32,000 nucleotides of DNA, from the NCBI RefSeq assembly GCF_000014785.1, contig NC_008340.1, positions 810,001-842,000 on the forward strand, written 5' to 3'. The stretch comes from Alkalilimnicola ehrlichii MLHE-1 (GTDB lineage: Bacteria; Pseudomonadota; Gammaproteobacteria; Nitrococcales; Halorhodospiraceae). Positions 1 through 9,820 of this stretch are shown in pieces. The position numbers and the translations under genes are program-made. The notes beneath the pieces are model-generated. The model did no database searches, was not told the DNA's origin, and saw only the letters and a program-made list of their open reading frames with translations. Positions within the stretch are counted from its first letter, which is position 1. Every line of letters starts with the position of its first letter.

Positions 1-1
1 G

Positions 2-358
2 GCGGTGTTCGACGGCCTGCTCAAGGTGGAGGAGGGCGCCCAGAAGACCGACGGCTTCCAGGAGAATCGCAACCTGATCCTGAGCCCGATGGCGCTGGCC
101 CACTCCAACCCGCGCCTGGAGATCTACGCCGACGACGTCAAGTGCTCCCACGGCTCCACCGTGGGCGAGCTGGACAAGGAGGCGGTCTTCTACCTGCGCA
201 GCCGCGGCATGGACCAGGACAGCGCTCAGGCCCTGCTCACTTGGGCCTTTGCCAATGAGGTGCTCAGCGAGGTCAGGCTTGATAGCCTGAAGACCTATCA
301 GCAACGCCTGCTGGGCGGCTTCCTGCCGGGGCAGGCCGACTTCGAGGGGCTTGTATGA
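2..358 (+). CDS. sufD: Fe-S cluster assembly protein SufD, C-terminal fragment (5' end outside window)
   Basis: Frame is open to the window edge. Contains VEEGAQKTDGFQENRNLILSP...PRLEIYADDVKCSHGSTVGELD...FYLRSRGM, typical of the SufB/SufD C-terminus. ATGA overlap with sufS. Confidence 0.95.
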   Translation, partial: AVFDGLLKVEEGAQKTDGFQENRNLILSPMALAHSNPRLEIYADDVKCSHGSTVGELDKEAVFYLRSRGMDQDSAQALLTWAFANEVLSEVRLDSLKTYQQRLLGGFLPGQADFEGLV

Positions 359-1620
359 GCACGGTTGAACCGGTTCGCGACCGGGAACGGGCCGGGCCGC
401 CGCTGGACGTGGCGGCCCTGCGCGCCCAGTTCCCCGTCCTGCACCAACAGGTGAACGGCTACCCGCTGGTCTACCTGGACAATGCCGCCAGCTGCCAGAA
501 GCCGGAGGCGGTGATCGAGGCCGAGGCGGCGTGTTATCGCGAGTACTACGCCAACATCCACCGTGGGGTGCACGCCCTCTCCCAGCGCTGCACCACCGCC
601 TTCGAGGGGGCCCGCGAGAAGGTGCAGCGGTTCCTGAACGCCGAGCGCGACGGGGAGATCGTCTTCCTGCGCGGCACCACCGAGGCCATCAATTTGGTGG
701 CCCACAGCTACGTGGAGCCCCTGTTGCAGCCAGGCGATGAGATCCTCATCAGCTACCTGGAGCACCACTCCAACATCGTCCCCTGGCAGATGGTCTGCGA
801 GCGCACCGGGGCGGAGCTGCGGGTCATCCCGGTACAGGATAACGGCGAACTGGACCTGGAGGCCTTCCAGGCCCTGCTCAGTGATCGGACCCGCTTCCTC
901 TCCGTGGGGCACGTCTCCAATGCCCTGGGCACGGTGAACCCGGTGCGCTGGATGATTGAGCAGGCCCACGCCCGGGACATCCCCGTGCTGCTGGACGGCG
1001 CCCAGGCGGTGCCTCATGGCCCGGTGGATGTGCGCGAGCTGGACTGCGACTTCTACGCCTTCTCCGGGCACAAGCTCTATGGGCCGACCGGGGTGGGGGT
1101 GCTCTACGGGCGCCACGACCTGCTCAAGGGCATGCGGCCCTGGCAGGGCGGTGGCGACATGATCCGCACCGTCAGCTTCGAGAAGACCCTCTACGCCGAA
1201 CCGCCTGCCCGCTTCGAGGCAGGTACGCCCAACATCGCCGGCGCCATCGCCCTGGGCGCGGCGGTGGACTGGGTGCAGGCGGTGGGCCTGGAGGCCATCG
1301 CCGCCCATGAGGCCCGCCTGTTGGATTACGCCACCGAGCGGCTGGGTGCGTTGGAGGGGGTGCGGCTACTGGGCACGGCCCCGGACAAGGCGGCGGTGCT
1401 CTCCTTCGTGATGGACGAGGCCCACCCCCACGATATCGGCACCATCCTCGACCAACAGGGGGTCGCCATCCGCACCGGGCACCACTGTGCCGAGCCGGTG
1501 ATGAAACGCTTCAACGTGCCGGCCACCGCCCGCGCCTCCTTCGCGGCCTACAACACCGAGGCCGAGGTGGATGCGCTGGTGGAGGGCGTTGAGAAGGTGC
1601 GCGAACTGTTCGGCGGCTGA
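355..1620 (+). CDS. sufS: Cysteine desulfurase, SufS type
   Basis: 421 aa PLP enzyme: YLDNAASCQKPEAVIEAE, HRGVHALSQR, GTTEAINLVAHSY, SGHKLYGPTGVGVLYG, RTGHHCAEPVMKRF. Starts with ATGA overlap to sufD. Confidence 0.97.
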   Translation: MSTVEPVRDRERAGPPLDVAALRAQFPVLHQQVNGYPLVYLDNAASCQKPEAVIEAEAACYREYYANIHRGVHALSQRCTTAFEGAREKVQRFLNAERDGEIVFLRGTTEAINLVAHSYVEPLLQPGDEILISYLEHHSNIVPWQMVCERTGAELRVIPVQDNGELDLEAFQALLSDRTRFLSVGHVSNALGTVNPVRWMIEQAHARDIPVLLDGAQAVPHGPVDVRELDCDFYAFSGHKLYGPTGVGVLYGRHDLLKGMRPWQGGGDMIRTVSFEKTLYAEPPARFEAGTPNIAGAIALGAAVDWVQAVGLEAIAAHEARLLDYATERLGALEGVRLLGTAPDKAAVLSFVMDEAHPHDIGTILDQQGVAIRTGHHCAEPVMKRFNVPATARASFAAYNTEAEVDALVEGVEKVRELFGG

Positions 1621-1753
1621 GCCGCCGCGCCATTTGCCGGCGGTGTCCGTCGCCGGCGCCCTTCTCAGGCAGCCGGCGGCCATGGACTGTCTTCCCGGGC
1701 CGCTTTCCTGTCCGCGGTGTGCCCCGCCAGGTGGCCGCTGGCCGCCGCCGGCT

Positions 1754-1762
1754 TGGTATACT
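1754..1762 (+). promoter_or_regulatory. Candidate extended -10 promoter element (TGG-TATACT) upstream of sufU
   Basis: TG-N-TATACT lies 25 nt upstream of the sufU ATG. No convincing -35. Confidence 0.35.
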
Positions 1763-1787
1763 CACCGCATTTATCACCGGGGAGACC

Positions 1788-2234
1788 ATGTCCAAGCTCA
1801 GCGACCTCTACCGCAAGATCGTCCTCGCCCACAACCGTCAGCCCCGCAATCATCACCCGCTGGAGCCCTGCAGCCACCATGCGGAGGGGTACAACCCGGT
1901 GTGCGGCGATCATATCCAGGTGTATCTGCGGCTGGACGAGGCCGGACGGGTGGCGGCGGCGAGCTTTACCGGTGAGGCCTGCGCCATCTGCACGGCGTCC
2001 AGTTCCATGATGACCGAAGTGGTGGCCGGTCTGGATGCCAGCGAGGTGGCGGCACTGTTTCGCCGCTTCGAGGCCATGCTCACCGAGGACCCCGCGCAGG
2101 GTGAGTCGCTGCCCGGTGAGCTGCCGGTGCTGGCCGGCGTGCGCCACTTCCCCGGCCGTACCAAGTGTGCCACCTTGTCCTGGCATACCCTGCTGGCGGC
2201 CCTGGAGGGCGAGCGCGCCGCCAGTACCGAATAG
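1788..2234 (+). CDS. sufU: SUF system NifU/IscU-like scaffold or sulfur acceptor, SufU type
   Basis: ATG chosen inside the longer ORF (MSKLSDLYRKIVLAHNRQPRNHHPLE). Conserved Cys motifs GYNPVCGD, ACAICTASSSMM, RTKCATLSWHTL. Confidence 0.9.
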   Translation: MSKLSDLYRKIVLAHNRQPRNHHPLEPCSHHAEGYNPVCGDHIQVYLRLDEAGRVAAASFTGEACAICTASSSMMTEVVAGLDASEVAALFRRFEAMLTEDPAQGESLPGELPVLAGVRHFPGRTKCATLSWHTLLAALEGERAASTE

Positions 2235-2292
2235 TCGTTGGCGGCGTCCGTCTCGCCGTGCCGTTGGGGCCCAGGGAAGAGGGAGGGGCCGA

Positions 2293-3399
2293 TTGCACCA
2301 CCAATACCCGTTTTCTCGTGCCGTTCTGGTCCTGCCTTGGCTGCTGGTGCTGCTGCTGGCCGGCTGTGAGGGCCCGCCGGAGGCGGATCACGCCGATCTG
2401 CCGCGCCCCGTCTATGTCGAGCCGGTCCGGATGGAACCCGCCCACGAGCAGGTCACCCTGCCGGGCCAGCTCCGTGCCCGCGACGAGAGCACGCTTTCCT
2501 TCCGGGTCTCGGGCCCGGTGGCGGCCCTGCCGGTGGCGGAGGGGGAGCGGGTGGCATCCGGCACGGTGCTGGCGCGCATGGATCCGCGTGATTATCACCG
2601 CCGGGTGAATGGCCTGCAGGCGGCGCTGAGCGAGGCCCAGGCCGCCCGTGAGCTGGCTGCCACCGAGTTGCGCCGGCTGCAGCGGGCGGCGGAGGGGCCC
2701 GGGGTTGCCGAGCTGCGGCTGGATCAGGCCCGCGCTGCCCTGGCCCAGGCCACCGCCCGGGTGGAACGTACCCGGGAAGAGCTGGAGGGTGCTCGCGACG
2801 CCCTGGCCGATACCCGCCTGGTGGCGCCGGCGGACGGGGTCCTCGCCCGCCGACTGGTGGAGCCGGGAGAGATGGCTCAGGCCGGTCAGCCGGTGGTGGT
2901 CTTTCAGGATGTTGACCGTCTGGATGTCACCGTCGACCTGCCGGAGCGGCTGTTGCTCGGTGGTGCGCTGACCGGGATGTTGCAGGTGCGGCTGCCCGCC
3001 ATCGACGATAGCTGGCACCGGGCCCGTCTGGTGCACCGTGCCGGCACGCCCAGCCCCGGGACCGGCACCTGGCGTGCCCGCCTGCGCTTGGATGAGCCGC
3101 CCGCCGAGGCCCGGCCCGGCATGCGGGCGCAGGTGCGGCTGCTGCCGGAGACCCACGGCGAGCCCACCTGGCTGCTGCCCATGGGGGCGCTGGACGACCG
3201 CGAACAGCCGCGGGTGTGGCGCCTGGGCGATGACGACACCCTGGAGCCGGTGCCGGTCACGGTGCTGGGGCTCCAGGGCAACCGGCTGCGACTGGCCAGC
3301 GATGAATTGGCGGCGGGCGATCGGGTGGTCACCGTGGGGGCCGTCCTTCTCCGGGATGGACAGCGGGTCACCCCGCTGGAGGTGGAGGCCTCGCGATGA
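2293..3399 (+). CDS. RND efflux system periplasmic adaptor subunit (membrane fusion protein), lipoprotein
   Basis: TTG start behind GGGAGGGG. Lipobox LLLAGC; VTLPGQLRARDESTLSFRVSGPVAALPVAEGERVASGTVLARMD (biotinyl-lipoyl-like) and coiled-coil region. ATGA overlap with the RND permease. Start codon inferred. Confidence 0.85.
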   Translation: MHHQYPFSRAVLVLPWLLVLLLAGCEGPPEADHADLPRPVYVEPVRMEPAHEQVTLPGQLRARDESTLSFRVSGPVAALPVAEGERVASGTVLARMDPRDYHRRVNGLQAALSEAQAARELAATELRRLQRAAEGPGVAELRLDQARAALAQATARVERTREELEGARDALADTRLVAPADGVLARRLVEPGEMAQAGQPVVVFQDVDRLDVTVDLPERLLLGGALTGMLQVRLPAIDDSWHRARLVHRAGTPSPGTGTWRARLRLDEPPAEARPGMRAQVRLLPETHGEPTWLLPMGALDDREQPRVWRLGDDDTLEPVPVTVLGLQGNRLRLASDELAAGDRVVTVGAVLLRDGQRVTPLEVEASR

Positions 3400-6300
3400 A
3401 CCTGGCCGCGCTGGCCATACGCCACCGCATCACCACCCTGGTGGCCGTCCTGCTGCTGGTGGTCATGGGCTGGCAGGCCTACCACAACGTCGGCTGGTTG
3501 GAGGACCCGGAGTTCAGCATCAAGCTGGCGCTGGTGGTCACCCAGTACCCGGGTGCCTCACCGGAAGAGGTGGAGCTGCAGGTCACCGACCCCCTGGAAC
3601 GGGCCATCCAGGACCTGGATGAGCTGGACCATGTGCGCAGCCTCTCCCGCGCCGGTGAGTCCGTCATCTATGCCGAGATCCAGCAGCGCTACCGGGCCGA
3701 CGACCTGCCGCAGATCTGGGACCGCCTGCGGCAAAAGGTCGGCGACGCCCAGGCGCAGCTGCCCAGCGGCGCCCACCCATCGCGGGTGATCGACGATTTC
3801 GGTGATGTCCACAGCATCGTGCTTGCCGTCCACGGCGCGGGGGTGGAGCGCGCCCGCCTGGAGGACTATGCCGACGAACTCAAGCGCGACCTGCTGGGCG
3901 TGGACGGCGTCGCCCGCGGCAGTCTCTGGGGGGCGCAGCCCGAGGCGGTCTACGTGGACCTGTCCGAGTCGCGCATCGCCATGATGGGCTTGGCTGCCGG
4001 TCAGGTGGTGCCGTTGCTGTTCGACCAAACCAAGGTCCAGGACGCTGGCTGGGCGGAGCTGGGCGACCGCCGGCTGCGGGTCATCCCCAGTGGCACCTTC
4101 AATACCCTGGACGAGTTGCGCGACTTCTTGATTCCCGGCGGCGAGTCGGGCGAGTTGGTGCGCCTGGGGGACATCGCCGAGATCAGCCGCGGGCCGCTGA
4201 CCCCGCTCCGGCCGCTGATGCGCTTCAACGGCGAACCGGCGGTGGGCATCGCCCTGGCCCACGAGGAGGGCAGCAATGTGGTGGCCATGGGGCGCGCCGT
4301 GCAGCAGCGACTGGACGAGCTGGCGCCCTTCACTCCGGCGGGAATCGAGCTGGGGGTGGTCGCCTGGCAGCCGCAGATCGTGGACGATGCGGTCAGCGGC
4401 TTCGTTCGCAACGTTCTGATTGCGCTGGTGATTGTCCTCGGGGTGCTGTGCCTGTTCACCGGCCTGCGCAGCGGCCTGATGGTGGGGGTGGCGCTGCTGC
4501 TCACGGTGGCCACCACCCTGGTGTTCATGCGGGTGTTCGGTATCGACCTGCACCGGGCCTCGGTGGGGGCGATGATCATCTCCCTGGGGATGATGGTGGA
4601 CAATGCCATCGTCACCGCGGATCTCATGCAGGTAAAGATCCGGCGCGGGGTGGAGCGCCTGCAGGCGGCCCGCGAGGCGGTGCGCGAGAGCGGCCTGCCG
4701 CTGCTCGGTGCCACCCTGGTGGGGATCTTCGGCTTTCTGGCGATCTTCCTGGCCGAGGACGACACCGGCGAGTATGTCGCCAGCCTCTTTCAGGTGGTGG
4801 GCATCTCCCTGCTGGTGAGCTGGGTGGCGGCCATGACCATCGTCCCGCTGCTGGGCTTCCTGCTGTTCAAACCCGGGCAGCAGACCACCGAGCCCTATCA
4901 GACCCGCTTTTACGGGGCCTACCGGCGGCTGCTGCACGGCGTGCTGCGCCACCGACCGCTGGTGGTCATCACGGTGATCGCCACCGTGGCCCTGGCCGTC
5001 ATCGGCTTCCGCTTTGTCGACCAGAGCTTCTTTCCCAACGCCGATCGTAACGAGGTGATGCTCGACTACTGGCTGCCGGAAGGCGGGCGCATCGAGCAGG
5101 TGGCGGCGGACCTGCGCGAGATCGAGGACCACTTCCTGGCCATGCCCGAGGTGGAGCGGGTGACCAGCTTCATCGGTGAGGGCGCCCCGCGCATTGTACT
5201 GGCCATGGAACCGGAGCTGCACAACCAGAGCTACGGCCAGCTACTCATCCGCCTGCAGGACGCCGGCCAGGTGTCGGAGATCGTTCGCCGTGGCGATGCC
5301 TACCTGGCACAGCATTTCCCCCAGGCGGAGCCCCGGATGCGCCCCTTCAGCCTGGCCTCGGTGGAGAAGTTCAAGGTCGAGGGCCGGTTCCGCGGCCCCG
5401 ACCCGGCGGTCCTCCGGGCGTTGGCCGCTCAGGCGGAGGCGATCCTGCGCGCCGATCCCGAGGCCAAATACGTGCGCAACGACTGGCGCCAGCCGGTGAA
5501 GACCCTGGAGCCGGTCATCGACCAGGCTGCCGCCCGCCGCGCCGGGGTCACCCGTGAGGCCATCGGTCAGGCCTTCCTGCGCGCTGAGCACGGCCTGGAC
5601 ATGGGGATGTACCGGGAGGGCGACGACCGGCTGCCCATCCGCCTGCGCCGCCCGCCGGATGAGCGCGAGCGGCTCTCGGACCTGCGCCATATCCAGGTCT
5701 GGCCCGCGGATCGCCCCTGGTCCGTGCCGCTGGACCAGTTGCTGGAGACGCTGCGGGTGGACCGGGAGGACAGCCTGCGCTGGCGGCGGGACCGGCAGCC
5801 CACCCTCACCGTGCAGGCGGATCCGGTGAATATTGAGGCCCACGAGCTCCACGGCCGGGTGCGCGACGCCATCGAGGCCATCGAGTTGCCGCCCGGCTAC
5901 CACTTCGAATGGGGCGGGGAGCACGAGGCGGCCCAGCGCAGTGAGGCCGAGGTGTTGTCCAAGGTCCCGGTGAGTCTGGCGCTGATGGTGCTGATCACGG
6001 TGGCCCTGTTCAACGGCTTGCGCCAGCCGCTGATCATCTTCATGACCATCCCGCTGGGCATCGTCGGGGTCGCCGCCGGCCTGCTGGTGACCGGACTGCC
6101 CTTCGGCTTCATGGCCCTGCTGGGGCTGATCTCCCTGTCGGGGATGTTGATCAAGAACGGGGTGGTGCTGCTGGATCAGATCGAGCAGTACATCGCCAGC
6201 GGCATGGACCGCTACCAGGCGGTGGTGGAGGCCTCGGTGGGGCGCCTCTCGCCCATCTCCATGACGGCGCTGACCACCGCCCTGGGGATGACCCCCATGC

Positions 6301-6437
6301 TCACCGACACCCTGTTCCGGGTGATGGCGGTGAGCATGATCGGGGGGCTGCTGTTCGCCACGCTGCTGACCCTTTTCCTGGTGCCGGCGCTCTACACCTG
6401 GCTGTTTCGGGTGCGTCCGCCAGAGCCCGCGGAGTGA
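3396..6437 (+). CDS. RND family efflux transporter permease (AcrB/MexF-like)
   Basis: 1013 aa. NLAALAIRHRITTLVAVLLLVVMG, TQYPGASPEEVELQVTDPLERAI, ISLGMMVDNAIV, GLISLSGMLIKNGVVLLDQIE, MTALTTALGMTPM. Confidence 0.93.
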   Translation: MNLAALAIRHRITTLVAVLLLVVMGWQAYHNVGWLEDPEFSIKLALVVTQYPGASPEEVELQVTDPLERAIQDLDELDHVRSLSRAGESVIYAEIQQRYRADDLPQIWDRLRQKVGDAQAQLPSGAHPSRVIDDFGDVHSIVLAVHGAGVERARLEDYADELKRDLLGVDGVARGSLWGAQPEAVYVDLSESRIAMMGLAAGQVVPLLFDQTKVQDAGWAELGDRRLRVIPSGTFNTLDELRDFLIPGGESGELVRLGDIAEISRGPLTPLRPLMRFNGEPAVGIALAHEEGSNVVAMGRAVQQRLDELAPFTPAGIELGVVAWQPQIVDDAVSGFVRNVLIALVIVLGVLCLFTGLRSGLMVGVALLLTVATTLVFMRVFGIDLHRASVGAMIISLGMMVDNAIVTADLMQVKIRRGVERLQAAREAVRESGLPLLGATLVGIFGFLAIFLAEDDTGEYVASLFQVVGISLLVSWVAAMTIVPLLGFLLFKPGQQTTEPYQTRFYGAYRRLLHGVLRHRPLVVITVIATVALAVIGFRFVDQSFFPNADRNEVMLDYWLPEGGRIEQVAADLREIEDHFLAMPEVERVTSFIGEGAPRIVLAMEPELHNQSYGQLLIRLQDAGQVSEIVRRGDAYLAQHFPQAEPRMRPFSLASVEKFKVEGRFRGPDPAVLRALAAQAEAILRADPEAKYVRNDWRQPVKTLEPVIDQAAARRAGVTREAIGQAFLRAEHGLDMGMYREGDDRLPIRLRRPPDERERLSDLRHIQVWPADRPWSVPLDQLLETLRVDREDSLRWRRDRQPTLTVQADPVNIEAHELHGRVRDAIEAIELPPGYHFEWGGEHEAAQRSEAEVLSKVPVSLALMVLITVALFNGLRQPLIIFMTIPLGIVGVAAGLLVTGLPFGFMALLGLISLSGMLIKNGVVLLDQIEQYIASGMDRYQAVVEASVGRLSPISMTALTTALGMTPMLTDTLFRVMAVSMIGGLLFATLLTLFLVPALYTWLFRVRPPEPAE

Positions 6438-6571
6438 GCGGCGCGATGGCGCCGTCGTTCGCGTCAAAACCCCTTGTTCTGCTAGGCTTGAATGCATGAC
6501 CTAGAATAAAGAGTCTGACAAAACACGACCGGTCATGACGTTCAATCTTGGGGCAATAGGGTAGAGACGAC

Positions 6572-7879
6572 TTGCAGAGAATACGCGTCCGCAATCTCAC
6601 CAAGATCTTCGGCGATCAGCCCGAGGAGGGCCTGAAGCTACTCAAAGAGGGGGTCGCACCCGACAAGATCCACGAACAGACCGGGCTCACCGTGGGGCTC
6701 AATGACGTCTCCTTCGATGTGGACGAGGGCGAGATCCTCGTGGTCATGGGGCTCTCTGGCAGTGGCAAATCCACGCTCATCCGCTGCGTCAACCGGCTCA
6801 TCGAACCCACCGCGGGCAGCGTCGAGGTGGATGGCGAGGACATCCTCCAATACAGCGCGGATAAGCTCTTCGACCTGCGCCGGCGCAAGTTCGGGATGGT
6901 CTTTCAGAACTTCGCGCTGCTGCCCAACCGGACCATTGTCGACAACGTTGCCTTCGGTCTGGAGATCCAGGGCGTCGAGCGCGCGGAGCGCGAGGAGAGC
7001 GCCCGCCGGTCGCTGGAGCTGGTGGGCCTGAAGGGCTGGGAGGAGGCTTACCCCAGTCAGCTCTCGGGGGGCATGCAGCAGCGCGTGGGCCTGGCCCGGG
7101 CGCTGGCCGTGGACCCGGACATCCTGCTGATGGACGAGGCCTTCAGCGCGCTGGATCCGCTGATCCGCCGCGACATGCAGAACGAGCTGATCGACCTGCA
7201 GTCGCGGATGCACAAGACCATCCTGTTCATCACCCACGACCTGGACGAGGCCCTCAAGCTCGGCGATCGGATCGTGCTGATGAAATCCGGCGGCGTGGTG
7301 CAGATCGGCACCCCCGAGGAGATCCTCAGCAACCCCGCCACCCGCTACGTGCAGCGCTTCGTCGAGGACGTGGACAAGTCCCAGGTGCTCACCGCCGGCA
7401 GCATCATGGGCAAGGCCCGGGTGGTGGCCTTTGAGTCTGACGGACCGCGCACGGCGTTGCACAAGATGGAGGAGGAGAGCTACTACAGCCTCTTCGTCAC
7501 CTCCCGCGACTTCCGGGTCAAGGGCGTGGTCTGGGCCGATGACTGCGGCGCCGCCATCAAGCGGGGCGACAAGGACCTTTCGCGCATTCTCGACACCGAT
7601 TTCCATAAGGTGCGTGAGGACACACCCCTGGCCGAGCTCATCACCCTGCTGGCGGAGAGCCGTATCCCGCTGGCGGTGGTGGACGAGCGCGACAAGCTGT
7701 TGGGCACCGTGGTCAAGAGCAACGTGCTCTCGGCGCTGGCCGAGACCCAGGAGAGCGACGTGCTGCCCGACCATCCGGGCCATGACGATAAGGAGGATGC
7801 GCCGCCGGCCACCGCCGCGGCGGATGACGGTGAGACGGTGGCGACCGACGGCGACCGGCAAGGGGGGCAGGCATCGTGA
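6572..7879 (+). CDS. proV: Glycine betaine/proline ABC transporter ATP-binding protein
   Basis: TTG start. ProV-type N-terminus, Walker A GLSGSGKST, signature LSGGMQQRVGLARALA, Walker B DILLMDEAFSALDPLIR, C-terminal CBS-type region. Confidence 0.95.
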   Translation: MQRIRVRNLTKIFGDQPEEGLKLLKEGVAPDKIHEQTGLTVGLNDVSFDVDEGEILVVMGLSGSGKSTLIRCVNRLIEPTAGSVEVDGEDILQYSADKLFDLRRRKFGMVFQNFALLPNRTIVDNVAFGLEIQGVERAEREESARRSLELVGLKGWEEAYPSQLSGGMQQRVGLARALAVDPDILLMDEAFSALDPLIRRDMQNELIDLQSRMHKTILFITHDLDEALKLGDRIVLMKSGGVVQIGTPEEILSNPATRYVQRFVEDVDKSQVLTAGSIMGKARVVAFESDGPRTALHKMEEESYYSLFVTSRDFRVKGVVWADDCGAAIKRGDKDLSRILDTDFHKVREDTPLAELITLLAESRIPLAVVDERDKLLGTVVKSNVLSALAETQESDVLPDHPGHDDKEDAPPATAAADDGETVATDGDRQGGQAS

Positions 7880-8724
7880 GTCAGGAGTTTCCCTTCATCG
7901 GCAAGATCCCGCTGGCCGATTGGATCGACAGCGGTCTGGACTGGTTGACCGACAAGTTCGCCCTGGTCACCCGTGCCATCAGTCGCTTCATGGGCGATGG
8001 CGTGGAGCTGGTGGTCGGTGCGCTCACCTACCCCCCGCCCTGGGTGGTCATCCTCGGCTTCATGGCGCTGGCGTGGTGGCTAGCCGGGCGGCGGGTGGCC
8101 ATCGGCACCGGCCTGGGCCTGGCGCTGCTGTGGAACCTGCAGCTCTGGGTGGCGACCATGGAGACGCTCACCCTGGTCCTGTTCGCCACCGCGGTGGCGG
8201 TCACTATCGCCCTGCCCATCGGCATCTGGGGCGGCTTGTCCGGGCGGGCCCACCGGGTGATGACGCCGGTACTGGACTTCATGCAGACCATGCCGGCGTT
8301 CGTCTACCTGATTCCCGCCGTGCCCTTTTTTGGGCTGGGACCGGTGGCGGCCATGTTCGCCACGGTGATCTTCTCCATGCCGCCGGCGATCCGACTGACT
8401 ACACTGGGAATACGTCAGGTGCCTGCCGAACTGGTGGAGGCCGCCGATGCCTTCGGTGCCACCCGGCGGCAGAAGCTGTTCAAGGTGCAGCTGCCGCTGG
8501 CCGTACCCACCATCATGGCCGGCATCAACCAGACCATTATGCTCGCCCTGTCCATGGTGGTCATCGCCGCCATGATTGGCGCCGGTGGGCTGGGTAGCGA
8601 GGTGTGGCGCGCCATACAGCGCCTCCAGTCCGGGAACGGCTTCGAAGCGGGCATCGCCATCGTGATCCTGGCGATGATCCTGGATCGGGTGACGCAAAAG
8701 ATCGGAAAGGGAAAGCAATCCTGA
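7876..8724 (+). CDS. proW: Glycine betaine/proline ABC transporter permease
   Basis: 282 aa multi-TM; GTGA overlap with proV; EAADAFGATRRQKLFKVQLPLAVPTIMAGINQTIMLALSMVVIAAMIGAGGLG permease EAA loop. Confidence 0.95.
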   Translation: MSQEFPFIGKIPLADWIDSGLDWLTDKFALVTRAISRFMGDGVELVVGALTYPPPWVVILGFMALAWWLAGRRVAIGTGLGLALLWNLQLWVATMETLTLVLFATAVAVTIALPIGIWGGLSGRAHRVMTPVLDFMQTMPAFVYLIPAVPFFGLGPVAAMFATVIFSMPPAIRLTTLGIRQVPAELVEAADAFGATRRQKLFKVQLPLAVPTIMAGINQTIMLALSMVVIAAMIGAGGLGSEVWRAIQRLQSGNGFEAGIAIVILAMILDRVTQKIGKGKQS

Positions 8725-8750
8725 GTTCAAGCCGCAAGGAGTAGTGTGTC

Positions 8751-9599
8751 ATGCATAAATCACTGAGCAGTCTGATCGTAGCGGCCGCCGCGGGCACGTT
8801 GATGGTCACCTCCCTGTCCGCGGCCGCCGAGGGCCGCATCAACATGCCCTACGTGGAGTGGGACAGCGAAGTGGCCAGCACCAACGTGGTCCGGGTGGTG
8901 CTCGAGGAGGCGGGTTACGATGTCCGCACTACCTCCGTGAGCGCGGCGGCCATGTGGCAGGCCGTGGCCAGCGGTGACCAGGACGCCATGGTGGCGGCCT
9001 GGCTGCCCACCACCCACGCCAGCTATCTGGAACAGACCCGGGACCGGGTGGTGGACCTGGGGCCGAACCTGGAGGGCACCCGCATCGGCCTGGTGGTGCC
9101 GGCCTACGTGGAGATCGACTCCATTGAGGAGCTCAACGACCACGCCGACCGCTTCGATGGCCGCATCGTCGGCATCGACCCGGGCGCCGGCATCATGAGC
9201 ACCACCGAGACGGCCATTGAGGAGTACGGGCTGACCAACCTCCGGCTGGTGGACGGCTCCAGCGCCACCATGGCCGCGGCCCTCCGGGATGCCATCCGTA
9301 ACGAGGACTGGGTGGTGGTGACCGGCTGGACGCCCCACTGGAAGGAGGGCCGTTGGGACCTCAAGTACCTGGAGGACCCGAAGGGTATCTACGGGGGTGA
9401 GGAGGAGATCCACACCATCGTGCGCCAGGGGCTTGAGGAGGACCACCCGACGGCCTACGCCATCCTCGACAACTTCCAATGGACCCCCGAGCACATGGCC
9501 GAGGTTATGGTCATGAACGAGGAGGGCGGCGACCCCTACGAGAACGCTAAAAAGTGGGTCGAGGAGAACCGCGACCTCGTGGAGCAGTGGCTGCCCTGA
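8751..9599 (+). CDS. proX: Glycine betaine ABC transporter periplasmic substrate-binding protein
   Basis: Signal peptide, then INMPYVEWDSEVASTNVVRVVLEEAGY...MVAAWLPTTHASY...GIDPGAGIM; third gene of the proVWX order. Confidence 0.93.
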   Translation: MHKSLSSLIVAAAAGTLMVTSLSAAAEGRINMPYVEWDSEVASTNVVRVVLEEAGYDVRTTSVSAAAMWQAVASGDQDAMVAAWLPTTHASYLEQTRDRVVDLGPNLEGTRIGLVVPAYVEIDSIEELNDHADRFDGRIVGIDPGAGIMSTTETAIEEYGLTNLRLVDGSSATMAAALRDAIRNEDWVVVTGWTPHWKEGRWDLKYLEDPKGIYGGEEEIHTIVRQGLEEDHPTAYAILDNFQWTPEHMAEVMVMNEEGGDPYENAKKWVEENRDLVEQWLP

Positions 9600-9680
9600 T
9601 CAGGGCAGGCGCCGGGCGGCCGGCATCTGCTGACCGGCCGCCCCTGTCACAATCGTGACGGCCCGGGTCCGGGCCGGAGG

Positions 9681-9738
9681 GGCCACCCCGCGGGTCGGCC
9701 GGGTCTATCACCGGCGCAGCCTGCGGGGTGGCCTTTTT
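9681..9738 (+). terminator. Rho-independent terminator of the proVWX operon
   Basis: Perfect 11-bp stem GGCCACCCCGC (9681-9691) / GCGGGGTGGCC (9723-9733) followed directly by TTTTT (9734-9738). The 31-nt loop contains a nested GCCGG/CCGGC hairpin. Confidence 0.8.
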
Positions 9739-9820
9739 CTGTTCGCAGGCCTCGGGCGGCATGGCCGCCCGCACTGCGGTATCATCGGCACACCAATGCG
9801 GACTATGGACAGGGGGCAGT

